From NCBI RefSeq assembly GCF_006345805.1, contig NC_043013.1:46996001-47060000 (forward strand): a stretch of 64,000 nt of DNA, in the 5' to 3' direction. This DNA comes from Octopus sinensis. Taxonomy: Eukaryota. The notes below the pieces were generated by a model. It was not told the origin of the DNA, made no database searches, and saw only the letters and a list, made by a program, of their open reading frames with translations. Positions 26,300-37,960 of this stretch are shown piece by piece. Each line of letters begins with the position of its first letter. Within the stretch, counting starts at the first letter, position 1. A program made the translations under genes and the position numbers.

Positions 26300-26835
26300 G
26301 GGGAAGACGCGTGGCTTAGTGGTTAGGGCATCCGGCTCGCGATCGTAAGGTAGTAAGTCGACTCCCAGCGACACGTTGTATACTTGAACAACATACTTTG
26401 CACCAGTCAACTAAGCTGACAAAAAACGAGCTGTGTCTGTATTTCAAAGGGCCAGCCAACACCAGAGCTGAAGACACCTCCGAAAGTGGGGAGGAGGCCC
26501 GCCACGTCAAAACGGTAAAGGAGTAGGGGCCGAAACCGGACGTGTTTCCCCTTGATGATGTCTTGAGCTAACTGGATCCTATAAAGGAGCTGTTGTGGTA
26601 GCAGACCACGAAACACGGTTGTAATTCCTTCCTATTTCCCATCGCTCCAGCCAACTAAGCTGACAAAACAGGAGCTGTGCCTGTATTTCAAAGGGCCAAC
26701 CTTATCACACAGTGTGTCACGCAGAATCTACCCGAGAGCTACGTTAGGGGTACGCATGTCTGTGGAGTGCTCAGGTTAACTTCTGAGCAGGATGTTCCGT
26801 TGATCGGATCAACTGAAACACTCATCGTCGCAATC
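26300..26835 (+). mobile_element. SINE family 3-related copy with internal ~55-bp duplication and insert
   Basis: GTGGCTTAGTGGTTAGG head; duplicated segment at 26403-26457 and 26647-26700. Confidence 0.6.
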
Positions 26836-27474
26836 GACGAAATTCATAGCCATATTTCTGCCTTTCTGTCTTTCGACGTCTCTATATTTTCTTATTTCCT
26901 TCCAACTCCTGCCTTTCTTTTTCCTTCCTTTTCTCATTTCGCTTTTTCTTTCAGTCACACTTTTTTTCCCTTCTCTCCTCTCAATATTTCCATCCATTTT
27001 TTTCTTTCCTCACAGTTTTCGACTTCTTCATTCGTGATATTCGTGTTGTTCATATTCTTCTTTTACCTCAGCTCTCCATGTGGTCAGTGTACTCTTTAAT
27101 ACCTCTGCAACAGCACTGTATCTATATATATTTAATATTACCTATGTATGTCTGTCTCTTTGTATGTATATCGGTAGGTAGGTTTTTTTGCGTCTATGAA
27201 TATGAATGCGTGTGTGTATATATATATATATATATATCTATGTCTATATATATGTTTGTAGGTTTTTTGCATCTATGCATACGTATGCGTGTGTATGTAT
27301 ATATCCATGTATATGTATGAAGGAACATACCTATAGGTATATATGTAGTATTTGTCTAAGTGAATATGCGCGTGTGTTTGAGTGTTTGCGTTATGTACGT
27401 ATTTGTCTGTGTATGTACGTATGATTGCATGTATGCTAGTGTGCATGCATGTATGCATGCGCATTTATTCATAA

Positions 27475-27530
<56 letters not shown>

Positions 27531-27744
27531 ATGCACATGCTTGTATGTTTTAGTCTATATACACACATGTTTCTAGGTATGTGTACCTATATATATAGTT
27601 ATGAGCATATACATGAAAGTAAACATGTATACATGTATGTATGTAAATTTGTGTGTGCCTTTCTTTAGCTCTTGTTTGTGTAAACAACAATACGCAATTT
27701 AGGAGCAAACATTGTCATATATATTTACATGTATTCACATACTC

Positions 27745-28220
27745 ACAAAGATTTTTTTTAAGTGAGGAAAGGCTGTGCACTGAGTCAATCCCACTTACTA
27801 AGCAACAACAGCCATAATCCGAAAAGAAGAACAAGTCAACATCATTGGTAGCCACTGAGACACAGGTTTTATGTCGGAGTTATCCCAGTTACCTGAGTTA
27901 CGTTCTTCTAGAAGGATGCCCTAACAAAGGCTAGGAGTCCTTCACTCCCAATGGTAATCGCGCGATCGGGTATTCAGTCCGATTATTTCTATGTCCCCGC
28001 GCATGATACATCCTTAAGACATTTATTGGATGGCCATTGACTCTCAAGAGTTCCTCCGCCCTTTGACGGGCTTTGTTTTTCATCCCGCAGGGTGTCCAAT
28101 AAACACCCTTCTCACCAAGCAAGCTTGGTGGGGTTGCCGGTTTAGTCGCCTACGACCCGATCATGCAACAGGTTGTACTGGGTTACATGTTACCAGTAGC
28201 ACTCGAAAGTGACCTGACAT
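27745..28220 (-). mobile_element. RTE-like leader/non-autonomous element abutting (TATG)n, copy 1
   Basis: Inverted homolog of 47608-48185; the AGAAGGTAACTC...ATAAAACC motif resembles RTE 5' UTRs. Confidence 0.6.
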
Positions 28221-28349
28221 ACATACATACATACATACATACATACACACATACACACACATACATACATACATACATACACATACATACATACATACAT
28301 ATATACATACATACATACATACATACGTACATGCATACATACATACAAA

Positions 28350-29350
28350 GTTGTACAGTCTGAAGTGAAAACGAATCGAAGGATCCGATGGCTTGATAAT
28401 GGGAAGACGTTTGACTCGATTCCCCTCTCATGGCTGCTGAAGCGTCTCCATTTGGTAAAAGTACCTGCTATCTTAATTGCTGCCATTAAGAGGATCACAA
28501 ACACTTAGGCAACAATCCTTACACTTAGAACTAAGAGCGGAACAATTACCTCCAGTGATATAAATATTCCAGCGGGAATATTTGAAGATAGCCTTTCTGC
28601 TACAAAAAGCCAATGGCTACATACTAGGGCTTGCAGTTGCTAGAGATTGAAATGTAACTCATAATTCTTTGCGGATGACCTGGAGATTTATGCTAAACAT
28701 GTCACCAATGCCAAAAAGCTGCAACTAATAGCAATAGTTTCCTGCTAATATAGGAATAGTTTCCTGCTAATATAGGAATGGAATATGTTATTGTTGGACA
28801 TGGAAAATCAGTTGCCCCAAAATCATAACCTGTGCATAACCTCTTTGGGGTTTGAACAATTCACCTCTGGAAACAAGGGTATTTCGTTCAACATCCTTCA
28901 ACAACCCTTATTCGGGACCTTCTGAGCGGGATGGGTTACTCGACCAGAAGAAAATTCTAACTGGGCCCCAACTGCAAGGTCATGTGCTGTTTATCTTGAT
29001 ATGAGATCACCATGTCGTACATATATTGTTGTGATGCATGTGCCTAGTGTACCCTTATCAGACGGGTAGTCATGATGGGTATACTGGGATTCGTATATCT
29101 CTTCTGCCCTAAGTACCTAGACATTGATGGAAACATACGAACATGTTGTGAATTAAGACAGAGGGCCAGAGTTAGGAATATACAGCAGTCGGAGCTCTCC
29201 TCTTAAAAGACAATATACCACAAAGCGTTTACAGAATCAGTGCTGATTCCCCAAACTTGAGATACTCAACTTGGCTATCGAGGAAATTCCCTCTATATAG
29301 ACGTTAAATCTCAAGATACTGAAAAAATCGGCGACTACGTATTCTTTAAA
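28350..29350 (+). mobile_element. Decayed RLE-type LINE reverse transcriptase fragment interrupted by the 550-bp element
   Basis: KTFDSIPLSWLLKRLHLVKVP, IFEDSLS and THNSFADDLEIYA (RT motif remnants); KYLDID after the insertion. Confidence 0.65.
28841..29098 (-). mobile_element. Partial copy of the 550-bp element
   Basis: Matches the reverse complement of about 17395-17655. Confidence 0.85.
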
Positions 29351-29438
29351 GCCTTGTTTTTACTTTATTGTTCTCTTTAACCGAAACGCTTTATTACAGG
29401 GAGTTAAACAACTACATCGAGCGGTATCTATCTATCTA

Positions 29439-29480
<42 letters not shown>

Positions 29481-29499
29481 ATCTATCTATCTATCGATT

Positions 29500-29539
<40 letters not shown>

Positions 29540-29608
29540 ATCTATCTATCTATCTATCTATATCTATCTATCTATCTATCTATCTATCCTTGAATATATG
29601 CGTGCATG

Positions 29609-29656
<48 letters not shown>

Positions 29657-29704
29657 CATATCTTTCTCTCTCTCTCTCTCTTTCTCTATCTGTGTATATA
29701 TATA

Positions 29705-29749
<45 letters not shown>

Positions 29750-29938
29750 CGTTATATATTAGGGCTCAGTAAAATAATTTACTTTGCCACATACTGAAAT
29801 CTTTTAGAAATAGCAGCCAACAGGTTTTTTTAGCCATTTCCACTACTTTAAGAAAAGTCTCCCAGATAGTATTTACTCAAGAATAACTCACGTAGATATG
29901 GAGGGAAAACAGAAAAATATCACATGTACAAAGATTAA

Positions 29939-29999
29939 TTGAGAACGCTCACGTTCTAGATTAGCCGAATTAAATTCGACATTTCTTTCGTCAGCTCAA
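29939..29999 (-). ncRNA. Degenerate type I hammerhead-like motif (family E) within a repeat at about 29755-30320
   Basis: TTGAG CTGACGA aaga...tcta GAAC GTGAGC GTT CTCAA: 5-bp helix I, canonical CUGANGA, one A missing from GAAA. Confidence 0.5.
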
Positions 30000-30326
30000 C
30001 ATTTCTTAATTTGGATTTGAAAGCACTAAAAAAATGAACATACCCGTCCGACAAAAATCTTCTCAGACAAACATCTTCAAACTGCCAGTGCCAGCGAATT
30101 CAAACAGTACGAGAGATGATTTATGCTCTTCCCGCTTCCATCCACGTGAGTTAGTTACAGAGTAAACAGATAGTAACGGTGAGAACCGCAGTAAAAGAAC
30201 AAGAAGGAAATTATTATCAATAATTAAGGGTAAAATCAATTAGTTATTAATTAATTTCACCAAGTAGTGTTCAGTATGTAAAAGGACCATTCAAGGCGTT
30301 AAAAATAATTATTGATATAATATATA

Positions 30327-30361
<35 letters not shown>

Positions 30362-30364
<3 letters not shown>

Positions 30365-31462
30365 TCCTTTTGATCTTTTTCAGTCATTTGACTGCGGGCC
30401 ATGCTGGGGTACGCCTGTAGTCGAACAAATCGCCCCAGGACTTATTCTTTGTAAGCCTGTATACTTCTTCTTACTCGAACGTACTAAGTTGGGGACTGCG
30501 TAATACACACAATCACTGTTGTCAACTGAATGTGGGGGAAAAACAGACACACAAACGTAATGGTATAATACAAACAAGCACATACACACACACAACACAA
30601 CACTACATATATATAAAACGGGCTTCTTTCAGTTTCCGTCTACCAAATCCACTCACAAGGTTTTGGTCGACCCGAGGCTGTAGAAGAAGACAGTTCCCCA
30701 AGGTGCCACGCAGTGGGACTGAACCTAGAACCATGTGGTTGGTTAGCAGGCTACTTATCACACAGCCACTCCTGCGGTTATATGTATATATTTGTGTGTG
30801 TGTGTGTCTGTGTTTGTCCCGCCACCATCGCTTGACAACCGATTTTAGTGTATTTACGTCCCCGTAACCTAGCGGTTCGGCAAAAGAAACCGCTAGAATA
30901 AGTATTAGGCTTACAAAGAATAAGTCCTGAGGTCGATTTGTTCGACTAAAGGCTCTGCTCCAATATTGTCGCAGTCAAATGATTGAAACAAGTAAAAGAA
31001 TAAAAGGATAAAAGAATATATATATATGTATGTATGCATATATATATACGAATATTTACTCTTTACTCTTTTACTTGTTTCGGTCATTTGACAGCGGCCA
31101 TGCTGGAGCACCGCCTTTAATCGAGCAACTCGACCCCGGGACTTATTCTTTGTAAGCCCAGTACTTATTCTATCGGTCTCTTTTTGCCGAACCGCAAAGT
31201 TACGGGGACATAAACACACCAGCATCGGTTGTCAAGCAATGCTAGGGGGACAAACAGACACACAAACACACACACATATATATATATATATACATATATA
31301 CGACGGGCTTCTTTCAGTTTCCGTCTACCAAATCCACTCACAAGGCTTTGGTCGGCCCGAGGCTATAGTAGAAGACACTTGCCCAAGGTGCCACGCAGTA
31401 GGACTGAACCCAGAACCATGTGGTTGGTAAACAAGCTACTTACGACACAGCCACTTCTGCGC
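30362..31462. mobile_element. Cluster of SINE family 2 copies in both orientations
   Basis: Minus pieces at 30362-30777 and 31060-31462; plus-strand tail at 30800-31010. Confidence 0.85.
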
Positions 31463-32351
31463 CTATTTATATATTTATATGTGTATATGTATGTGTATGT
31501 ATGTCTGTGTGTATGGCCATCTATGCAGATATCTCTTCTAGTACATATAATCAATATATCACTTTCACAAACACACATGCACCGAAAAACTAACACACAA
31601 ACAAATACACCGTTTCACTTCTCATAACTATATAAATTCCTATTTGATGTGTTTAAACAATTCTTTTTTTGTGACTGACCGATTTCTTAACCAAATATCT
31701 AAGTATGTATATTTAACGCTGAGTATCACGTAGGTTATTCATAAATATGCTACACACCACACACACACACACACACACACACACAGCCATAATATATTTA
31801 CGTGTGTATTCATGAACACACAGAGACATATGTGTGTGTGCGCGTACGAAGAATGTATGTATATATATATATATATATATATATAAGTGTGTGTATAATG
31901 GCACCATACGTACACATATACAAAAGTCGCTTGGGATCACTGCTAATTGAATTACTGATGCATAAATGTCATAGTGTGCAAATGTTCCGGTGTCCAGACG
32001 TTGACCTTCCTCACGTAGTAGGTTCTCCTGCTAGCTGTGACATAGTCGGCAAACCATGGTGGAAAGAGTATCGATCAGGTCTGGTCACACCGCATAGTAT
32101 TATGGCTACTAGCAGTACGTATATCGACTACCTTCGGCATTTGCTGAGCCATTATAATAATAGGTAAGTATGACCACAATGCATCCGTCCTACAACCAAA
32201 CGGTTTAGTCTGGAGATTGCTGTGATTTGCAATTTTGCAATGCAGAGCTTAGCCAAGAGTCCTCGTAGCTTGTCGAGACAAATTAACAAATTGAAAAAAA
32301 AAAGAAGATAAGTAAAATCTACAAAGACAGAGGATAATAATAATAATAATG

Positions 32352-32415
<64 letters not shown>

Positions 32416-32417
<2 letters not shown>

Positions 32418-32963
32418 CAATACCAGGCAGTGGCTCTCATGGCTTCTGATCTTAACTGATTGGAAGTGTTATCATGTACATTGATTTGTCTTGGTATAAA
32501 AGATGGGCTACAGCAAATATTCTGCTCAATACCACAGATTTGCTTGTCAGTTGTTTGACCTTAACTAGTTGAGCATGTCCCTTAGTGGCTGACGATATGT
32601 GTATCTTAGATCACGAGCAGAAGTAGTGGGGCAGCATCATAACCATGTGTTGAGAGGGAGTCTTTGGGGTTTGAATAATTCACCTTTGGAAAAATGGGTG
32701 TTTCGTTCAACATTCTTAAACAACCCTTATTCGGGGACCTTCTGAGAGGGATGGGTTACTCGACCAGAAGAAAATTCTAACTGGGCCCTAACTGCAAGGT
32801 CATGTGCTGTTTATCTTGATATGAGATCACCATGTCGTGCACATATGGTTGTGATGCATGTGCCTAGTGTACCCTTATCAGACGGGTAGTCATGATGTGT
32901 ATACTGGGCTTCGTATATTTTTACCCCAGTGTCACTTTGATGGCATGCGCTGCTCTCTCACTC
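32416..32963 (-). mobile_element. 550-bp element, full copy between (AAT)n tracts
   Basis: Reverse complement of 17349-17903. Confidence 0.85.
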
Positions 32964-33015
<52 letters not shown>

Positions 33016-33089
33016 TCAGTCTAGGGTGGTATATATATAAAAATTGCTGTCGAGCCACTGTTGAAACACACGAAGAAGGCCGGCGTCAT

Positions 33090-33900
33090 CAAACTGAAAA
33101 TTGTGTGACTAAAGAAAAAAAATGAAACAAGAAATGAACAAAGGAAAAGAAAAAGCATGAAAGGAAAAGAAAATGTACGGTGGTTATGAATGAGGAGGAG
33201 TGACCTAAAGATAGAGACAGAAGCATTCATATGCGCAGCTCAAGAACAAGCGTTAAGGACCAACTATATGAAGTGCAGGATAGACAACACTACCGACAGC
33301 AACAAATGTAGAATTTGTGGCGAGGGGGTGAAACGGTATGGCACGTCGTTAGCGAATGCTCGAAATTGATACAACGCGAATACAAAAGACGCCATGATAA
33401 TCTTGCTAGAATAATCCATTGGGAACTCTGTGGAAATCACGGCCTACAAAGAGAAAATGCGTGGTATGAGCAAACTCTAGAAGGAGTTACAGAAAATGAG
33501 AATTGCAAAATCCTGTGGGATGCAAAGATCCAGTGCCATCACCCGACCAGATCTCGGAAACCGTACATTGTTGTGGTGAATAAAAAAGAATGAACGTGTA
33601 AGATAATCGACATAGCATTCCCCGGTAACAACAGAATCAATGTGAAAGACAGGGAAAAATATAAATTATGACGATTTGAAGTGGGAAAAAAGAAGGTTGA
33701 GGTCAATGAAGAGAGTAGACGTGATACCAATAGTAATTGGTGCACTCGGAAGTATCAGCACTCAGCTATCAACGTGGCTGGTGAAAAAGATCGGTGCAAG
33801 TGTGAAGGTAGAAGCACCAACAAAAATCAGCATTGCTTGGAACTGCAAGAATTCTTCGCAGGGTTCTTGAAGTATGACCGGTAAACATATGTCCCATTAG
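33090..33900 (+). mobile_element. R4/Dong-like LINE 3' fragment (third subfamily)
   Basis: DLKIETEAFICAAQEQALRTNY, CRICGE..ETVWHVVSEC, YKRRHD, ILWDAKIQ...KPYIVVVNK, IIDIAFP and VIPIVIGALG. Confidence 0.9.
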
Positions 33901-33991
33901 TCTGTCCAACAAAATAAGCTATGAGTTTTCATATCATAATAATAACAACAAGAAAAACAACAGCAGCAGCCACAACAACAACAACAACAAC

Positions 33992-34044
<53 letters not shown>

Positions 34045-34069
34045 TAGTAATGATGATTTCAAATTTTGC

Positions 34070-34320
34070 CACAGGGGCAGCAATTTTGGGTGTGGAGATG
34101 AGTCAATTACATCGACTGGCAGAATCGTTAGCACTTCTGGCGAAGTGCTCAGCGGCATTTCGTCCGTCTTTACGTTCTAACTTAATTTTCTGTCGTATTC
34201 AGCTTTACCTTTTATCCTTTCGAGGTCGATAAAATATCTACCTTTGGAGCACTGGAGTCGATGTAGTCGACCTACCACTTCCCCGAACTTACTGGATTAG
34301 TGCAAAAATTTGAAAGCAAT
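34070..34320 (+). mobile_element. Old SINE family 1-related copy
   Basis: CTGGCAGAATCGTTAGCAC...CCTTTCGAGGTCGATAAAA...AAATTTGAAAGC. Confidence 0.7.
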
Positions 34321-35451
34321 ATATTTCATATTCCTTCATATCATATCATATAGCAGTTACAGGTTGCATAAGTCTTTTTTTTTTTTTTGACAGACATAGA
34401 TTCTAAACTATTTGGTTCTAGGTTCAATTCTGAAGCGTGAAACTTCGGGCAAGTAATTTGTACCATGATGAATGATTGTCCAAATCTTTGTGATTGCAAT
34501 TTCGTACAGGTAAAATGTTTGGAAACCCACCGTAGGGATCGCTTCTAGTCATGTGTGGCACAGTTAATTGGTCAGTCGATTGAACTCTTCCAATTGGCTC
34601 CTGGATAACCTGAACACAATTCCCTCTGTTACAAGTAACGAAGTCGGATCTTCGATCTTAGAACAACTTTCTGTCTTCCTTCCACTAAACTCAAACGACA
34701 TTTGGTATTGACTCTCTCCCTGTGACTAAGGGCATTCAGAAATGTCTCTTATCTATGCAAACATGCGTATTAGACATACAAACATGGAAACTTGAACTCA
34801 TTTCTCTGAAGATTGAAAATAAAAAGAATGAAAAATCTTAGTCAATTTTCGATCCTTATTAGGGTTTCATTAGCGGTATCATTATCACTTGACCAACCCC
34901 AGGGAAACAAGCTTACATTTCCAACATATCCAGTAACTTCGGTGAACTGGAGCCGCTAATTTGCATACCATAAGTGTTTAACGCTTTATCTAATATCAGC
35001 GTTCAGACAACGCGGATCCTACTATAAATTTATTTATTTGTTTCGCTCTATCATGCTGGTTGACTTAGTGAGGTTTTTTGATGCTAAATAATGATTAACG
35101 TTGCATAAATGATCAATTATGTTTCCGCCGATGAGGGGATATTATAACCGAATACTGATGTATTATATGATTCTGTGTAGTCGTGAAGGGGTTGTTTTCA
35201 ACGGATGTTTAGTGTTGATGAAGAGTATTAGTAATTTTCGTATTTTGTTATTTTCTATTAATTTTGTTTCGCTTCATCTGAGAGGATAGATGGAATTTGT
35301 GATTGGCTACTAATCTCATCGTGAACTCTGATTTTTCTCTGATAAAGTGCGTAAGAGTTTCTCTGATAAAACGTGTAAGTCAGTACGAATGCACTCATTA
35401 ATCCTCCGTGTTAATCCAACCGCCAGCAGTACGTATTGTATTGCAAAACAG

Positions 35452-35528
35452 ACTGACCAGTTTAAGTGACTCCAGGAGTGTATACATTATAGATAACTAT
35501 AAGTTACAAATAACGCCGTTGACAGAAG
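35452..35528 (+). CDS. Candidate 77-nt host exon (xLTSLSDSRSVYIIDNYKLQITPLTE), possibly part of an Ig-like domain
   Basis: Non-repetitive open frame with donor GAAG|GTGAGG; acceptor AAACAG is weak; LQITPLTE resembles the Ig I-set E-strand L-x-I motif. Confidence 0.3.
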
Positions 35529-35922
35529 GTGAGGATTCATTCTTTGATGAAAATTCAGGAAAAGCAGAATCTAATGAGATCGATCTCACTTGCTCTGTCC
35601 GCGGACAGATGAAAGCCGTCGCGTAATTACTTTGTTTACATTATCATTGAGACCAAAATAGCAAGTTTAATTAAAGATCTATCTTTTATTTCGTATTATC
35701 GTAAAACTATATGTAGTGCTCTAAGAATAATTATACATACATTCGTTCACACACATATATCTACACACATACATACACTCACAGATTTCATGATAGAAAA
35801 TTGAGTTACTAATATAGCTACACAGATAAATCATATATTCATATGTGTGTGTATCTGTGTGAGTGCATGCGTACGTATGTGTGTGTATGTGTGTTTGTGA
35901 GTGTGTGTGTGTGTGCAAAAAT

Positions 35923-36039
35923 AGGTGAGGACAATACGCGACTTCGTTGAAACAGTTCTTCCCGCATATATATATATAATATATATATATATATATGCGG
36001 GAAGGACTGTTTCAACGAAGTCGCGTATTGTCCTCACCT
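35923..36039. repeat. Near-perfect inverted repeat (~44-bp arms) around a (TA)n spacer
   Basis: AGGTGAGGACAATACGCGACTTCGTTGAAACAG...CCCGCA / TGCGGG...CTGTTTCAACGAAGTCGCGTATTGTCCTCACCT. Confidence 0.9.
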
Positions 36040-36301
36040 TCGACGCGGAGTAGATGAAACAGGGACAACTGTTGAAGGGGAATATTCTTTATGTTGCATG
36101 TCTCGTTTCTCTGTTTGTTTTTTTTTTCGTCGTTCGAAAAAAATGTTAGTTTTCTATGTTTTTGCTTTTATGTTTTCGTTTCCCATTGTGTTCAACGTTT
36201 TTTTGATGTCCTATACACATATATGCATGTATATATACATATATATGTAGGTATATACATATTTGTATGTATATATGCATATATCTATATATTATTTATA
36301 T

Positions 36302-36339
<38 letters not shown>

Positions 36340-36435
36340 AGCACATAGATAAAAACAAGGATTTAAAAAAGAGTACTCGAATACTAAAGGTAGAGTAATA
36401 TGCTTTTTTTTAGTAAAGCTGCAGAATTATCGCAG

Positions 36436-36477
36436 AAATATTACTCCGAGCTTCACGTTGCCGTTCGTCGGACAGTT
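36436..36477 (-). ncRNA. Degenerate hammerhead-like motif (family D)
   Basis: aactgt CCGACGA ACG gcaa CGT GAAG C TCGGA GTA; homolog of 41114-41155. Confidence 0.4.
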
Positions 36478-36509
36478 GTGATAAATAAATATTTAAATAT
36501 ACATATATA

Positions 36510-36665
36510 AACCAGAACCATGTGGTTGCTTCCCAACCACAATGTTCTGGGTTCAGTCTCACTACGTGGCACCTTGGGCAAGTGTCTTTTACTATATATC
36601 TTCGGGTCGACTAAAGCCTTGTGAGTGGTTTGGTAGACGAAAACTGAAAGAAGCCGTCGTATATG

Positions 36666-36717
<52 letters not shown>

Positions 36718-36930
36718 ATATGTATATATATATATATGTGTGTGTGTACATATAAATATATCTATGTGTGAGTGTCTTTGTGTCTATGTCCACACCACCA
36801 TCGCTTGATAACCGATGTTGGTGTGTTTACATCCCCGACACTTAACGTTTCGGCAAAAGAGACCTATAGAATATGTACTAGGCTTACAAAGTTCTGGTGT
36901 TGATTTATTCGACTAAAACCCGACTGAAGC
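36510..36930 (+). mobile_element. SINE family 2, 5'-truncated
   Basis: GGTTCAGTCTCACTACGTGGCACCTTGGGCAAGTGTCTT...CGGCAAAAGAGACC. Confidence 0.85.
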
Positions 36931-37409
36931 GTGTAAAAGAATAACCACTTGATAATATTTTCATATTTGATTCCCAATTGTAATAATGTTTATATTTTAC
37001 GTCTAATTTTTCCTTTGTATAATAGAGTTCACTTGCTTAGTAAATATTGCTTTCATTATTTTATCACTGTTGTAAACTCTCTTTTTTTAAGCAAGCATCA
37101 AGGTAGTCTAAGTACGGAGGGGGGGGGGACCAGTCTGTCAAGTTTAACATACCACTCAAAGCAACATAAATATTTCAGTTTAGCAGCCCATCTGCAAGCT
37201 TTGCAGTCTGTGTAATTGAGTGAGTGAGGAGGAACGAGGATATTACAAATAATGAATTGAACAAACATGAATGAAAAAAGCGTATAAATAAAAGGGCATA
37301 AATACAGATGCATACGGCCCCGAATTTGTTGCCACACAACATCCAGAAAAGTAGATGATTTTTAACAAAATTTTCTACAAATACCATTTAGATGTTGTGG
37401 CTTCAGAGT

Positions 37410-37960
37410 ATGCAGGGATTTATGGGAGAGATTTTTCCCGAGGGGATGGAGAGAGGTATTTTGGAAAATTCACATGATCCGACTTTTTTCGCTCATAACT
37501 TTTGGGAAGTAGGTATGTTTACATGAAATTTTAAACAAATATCTTTCAAACGGCATAAATTACGATTATAAAGAAATTTGTGGGAAAAATTTTTTTCCGA
37601 TGGGGTGGGGAGAGGAGTTTCGGTAATACGGAGTTTCGGATCGGGAAAACCAAATAAGTTAGAACTACTCTGTTTTGACGGGGACTTACCCCATATTTCT
37701 ATAAACCACAGCCTTCGATATGATGGGGTAGGTGGGGTGGAGCTGCATCTTTGTATGAAAAAAGTTCTGAAAATGTTTTTTACACCCCTTCTCATCATCA
37801 GACTCCGGACCTATTTTAGCCAATTACTTTTGCACTTGAAAGCCATGGGAGGAACTTTTTCGGTAAAAAATTTTAAAGATTGTCAATATTTTCGGAGGGA
37901 AAAGTGAGTGATTTAAGGAAGATTTGGCTGTTGTTTCTAGCACATTCCAAGAGAACCCGC
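37410..37960. repeat. Unclassified dispersed repeat with ~150-bp subrepeats, related to 38400-38520 and 56890-57360
   Basis: Shared AAAATTCACA(T/A)GATC(C/T)GA...TCAAACGGCATA.ATTAC.ATTATAAAGAAATT and GTGCTAGAAACAACA motifs. Confidence 0.6.

Noticed and set aside
25463-26326. Longest ORF (287 aa), hydrophobic and membrane-protein-like
   Set aside because: Pyrimidine microsatellite lacks stop codons by composition.
26468-26500. CTGAAGA...GAAA hammerhead-like spacing
   Set aside because: No helix II pairing and no NUH with a matching helix I.
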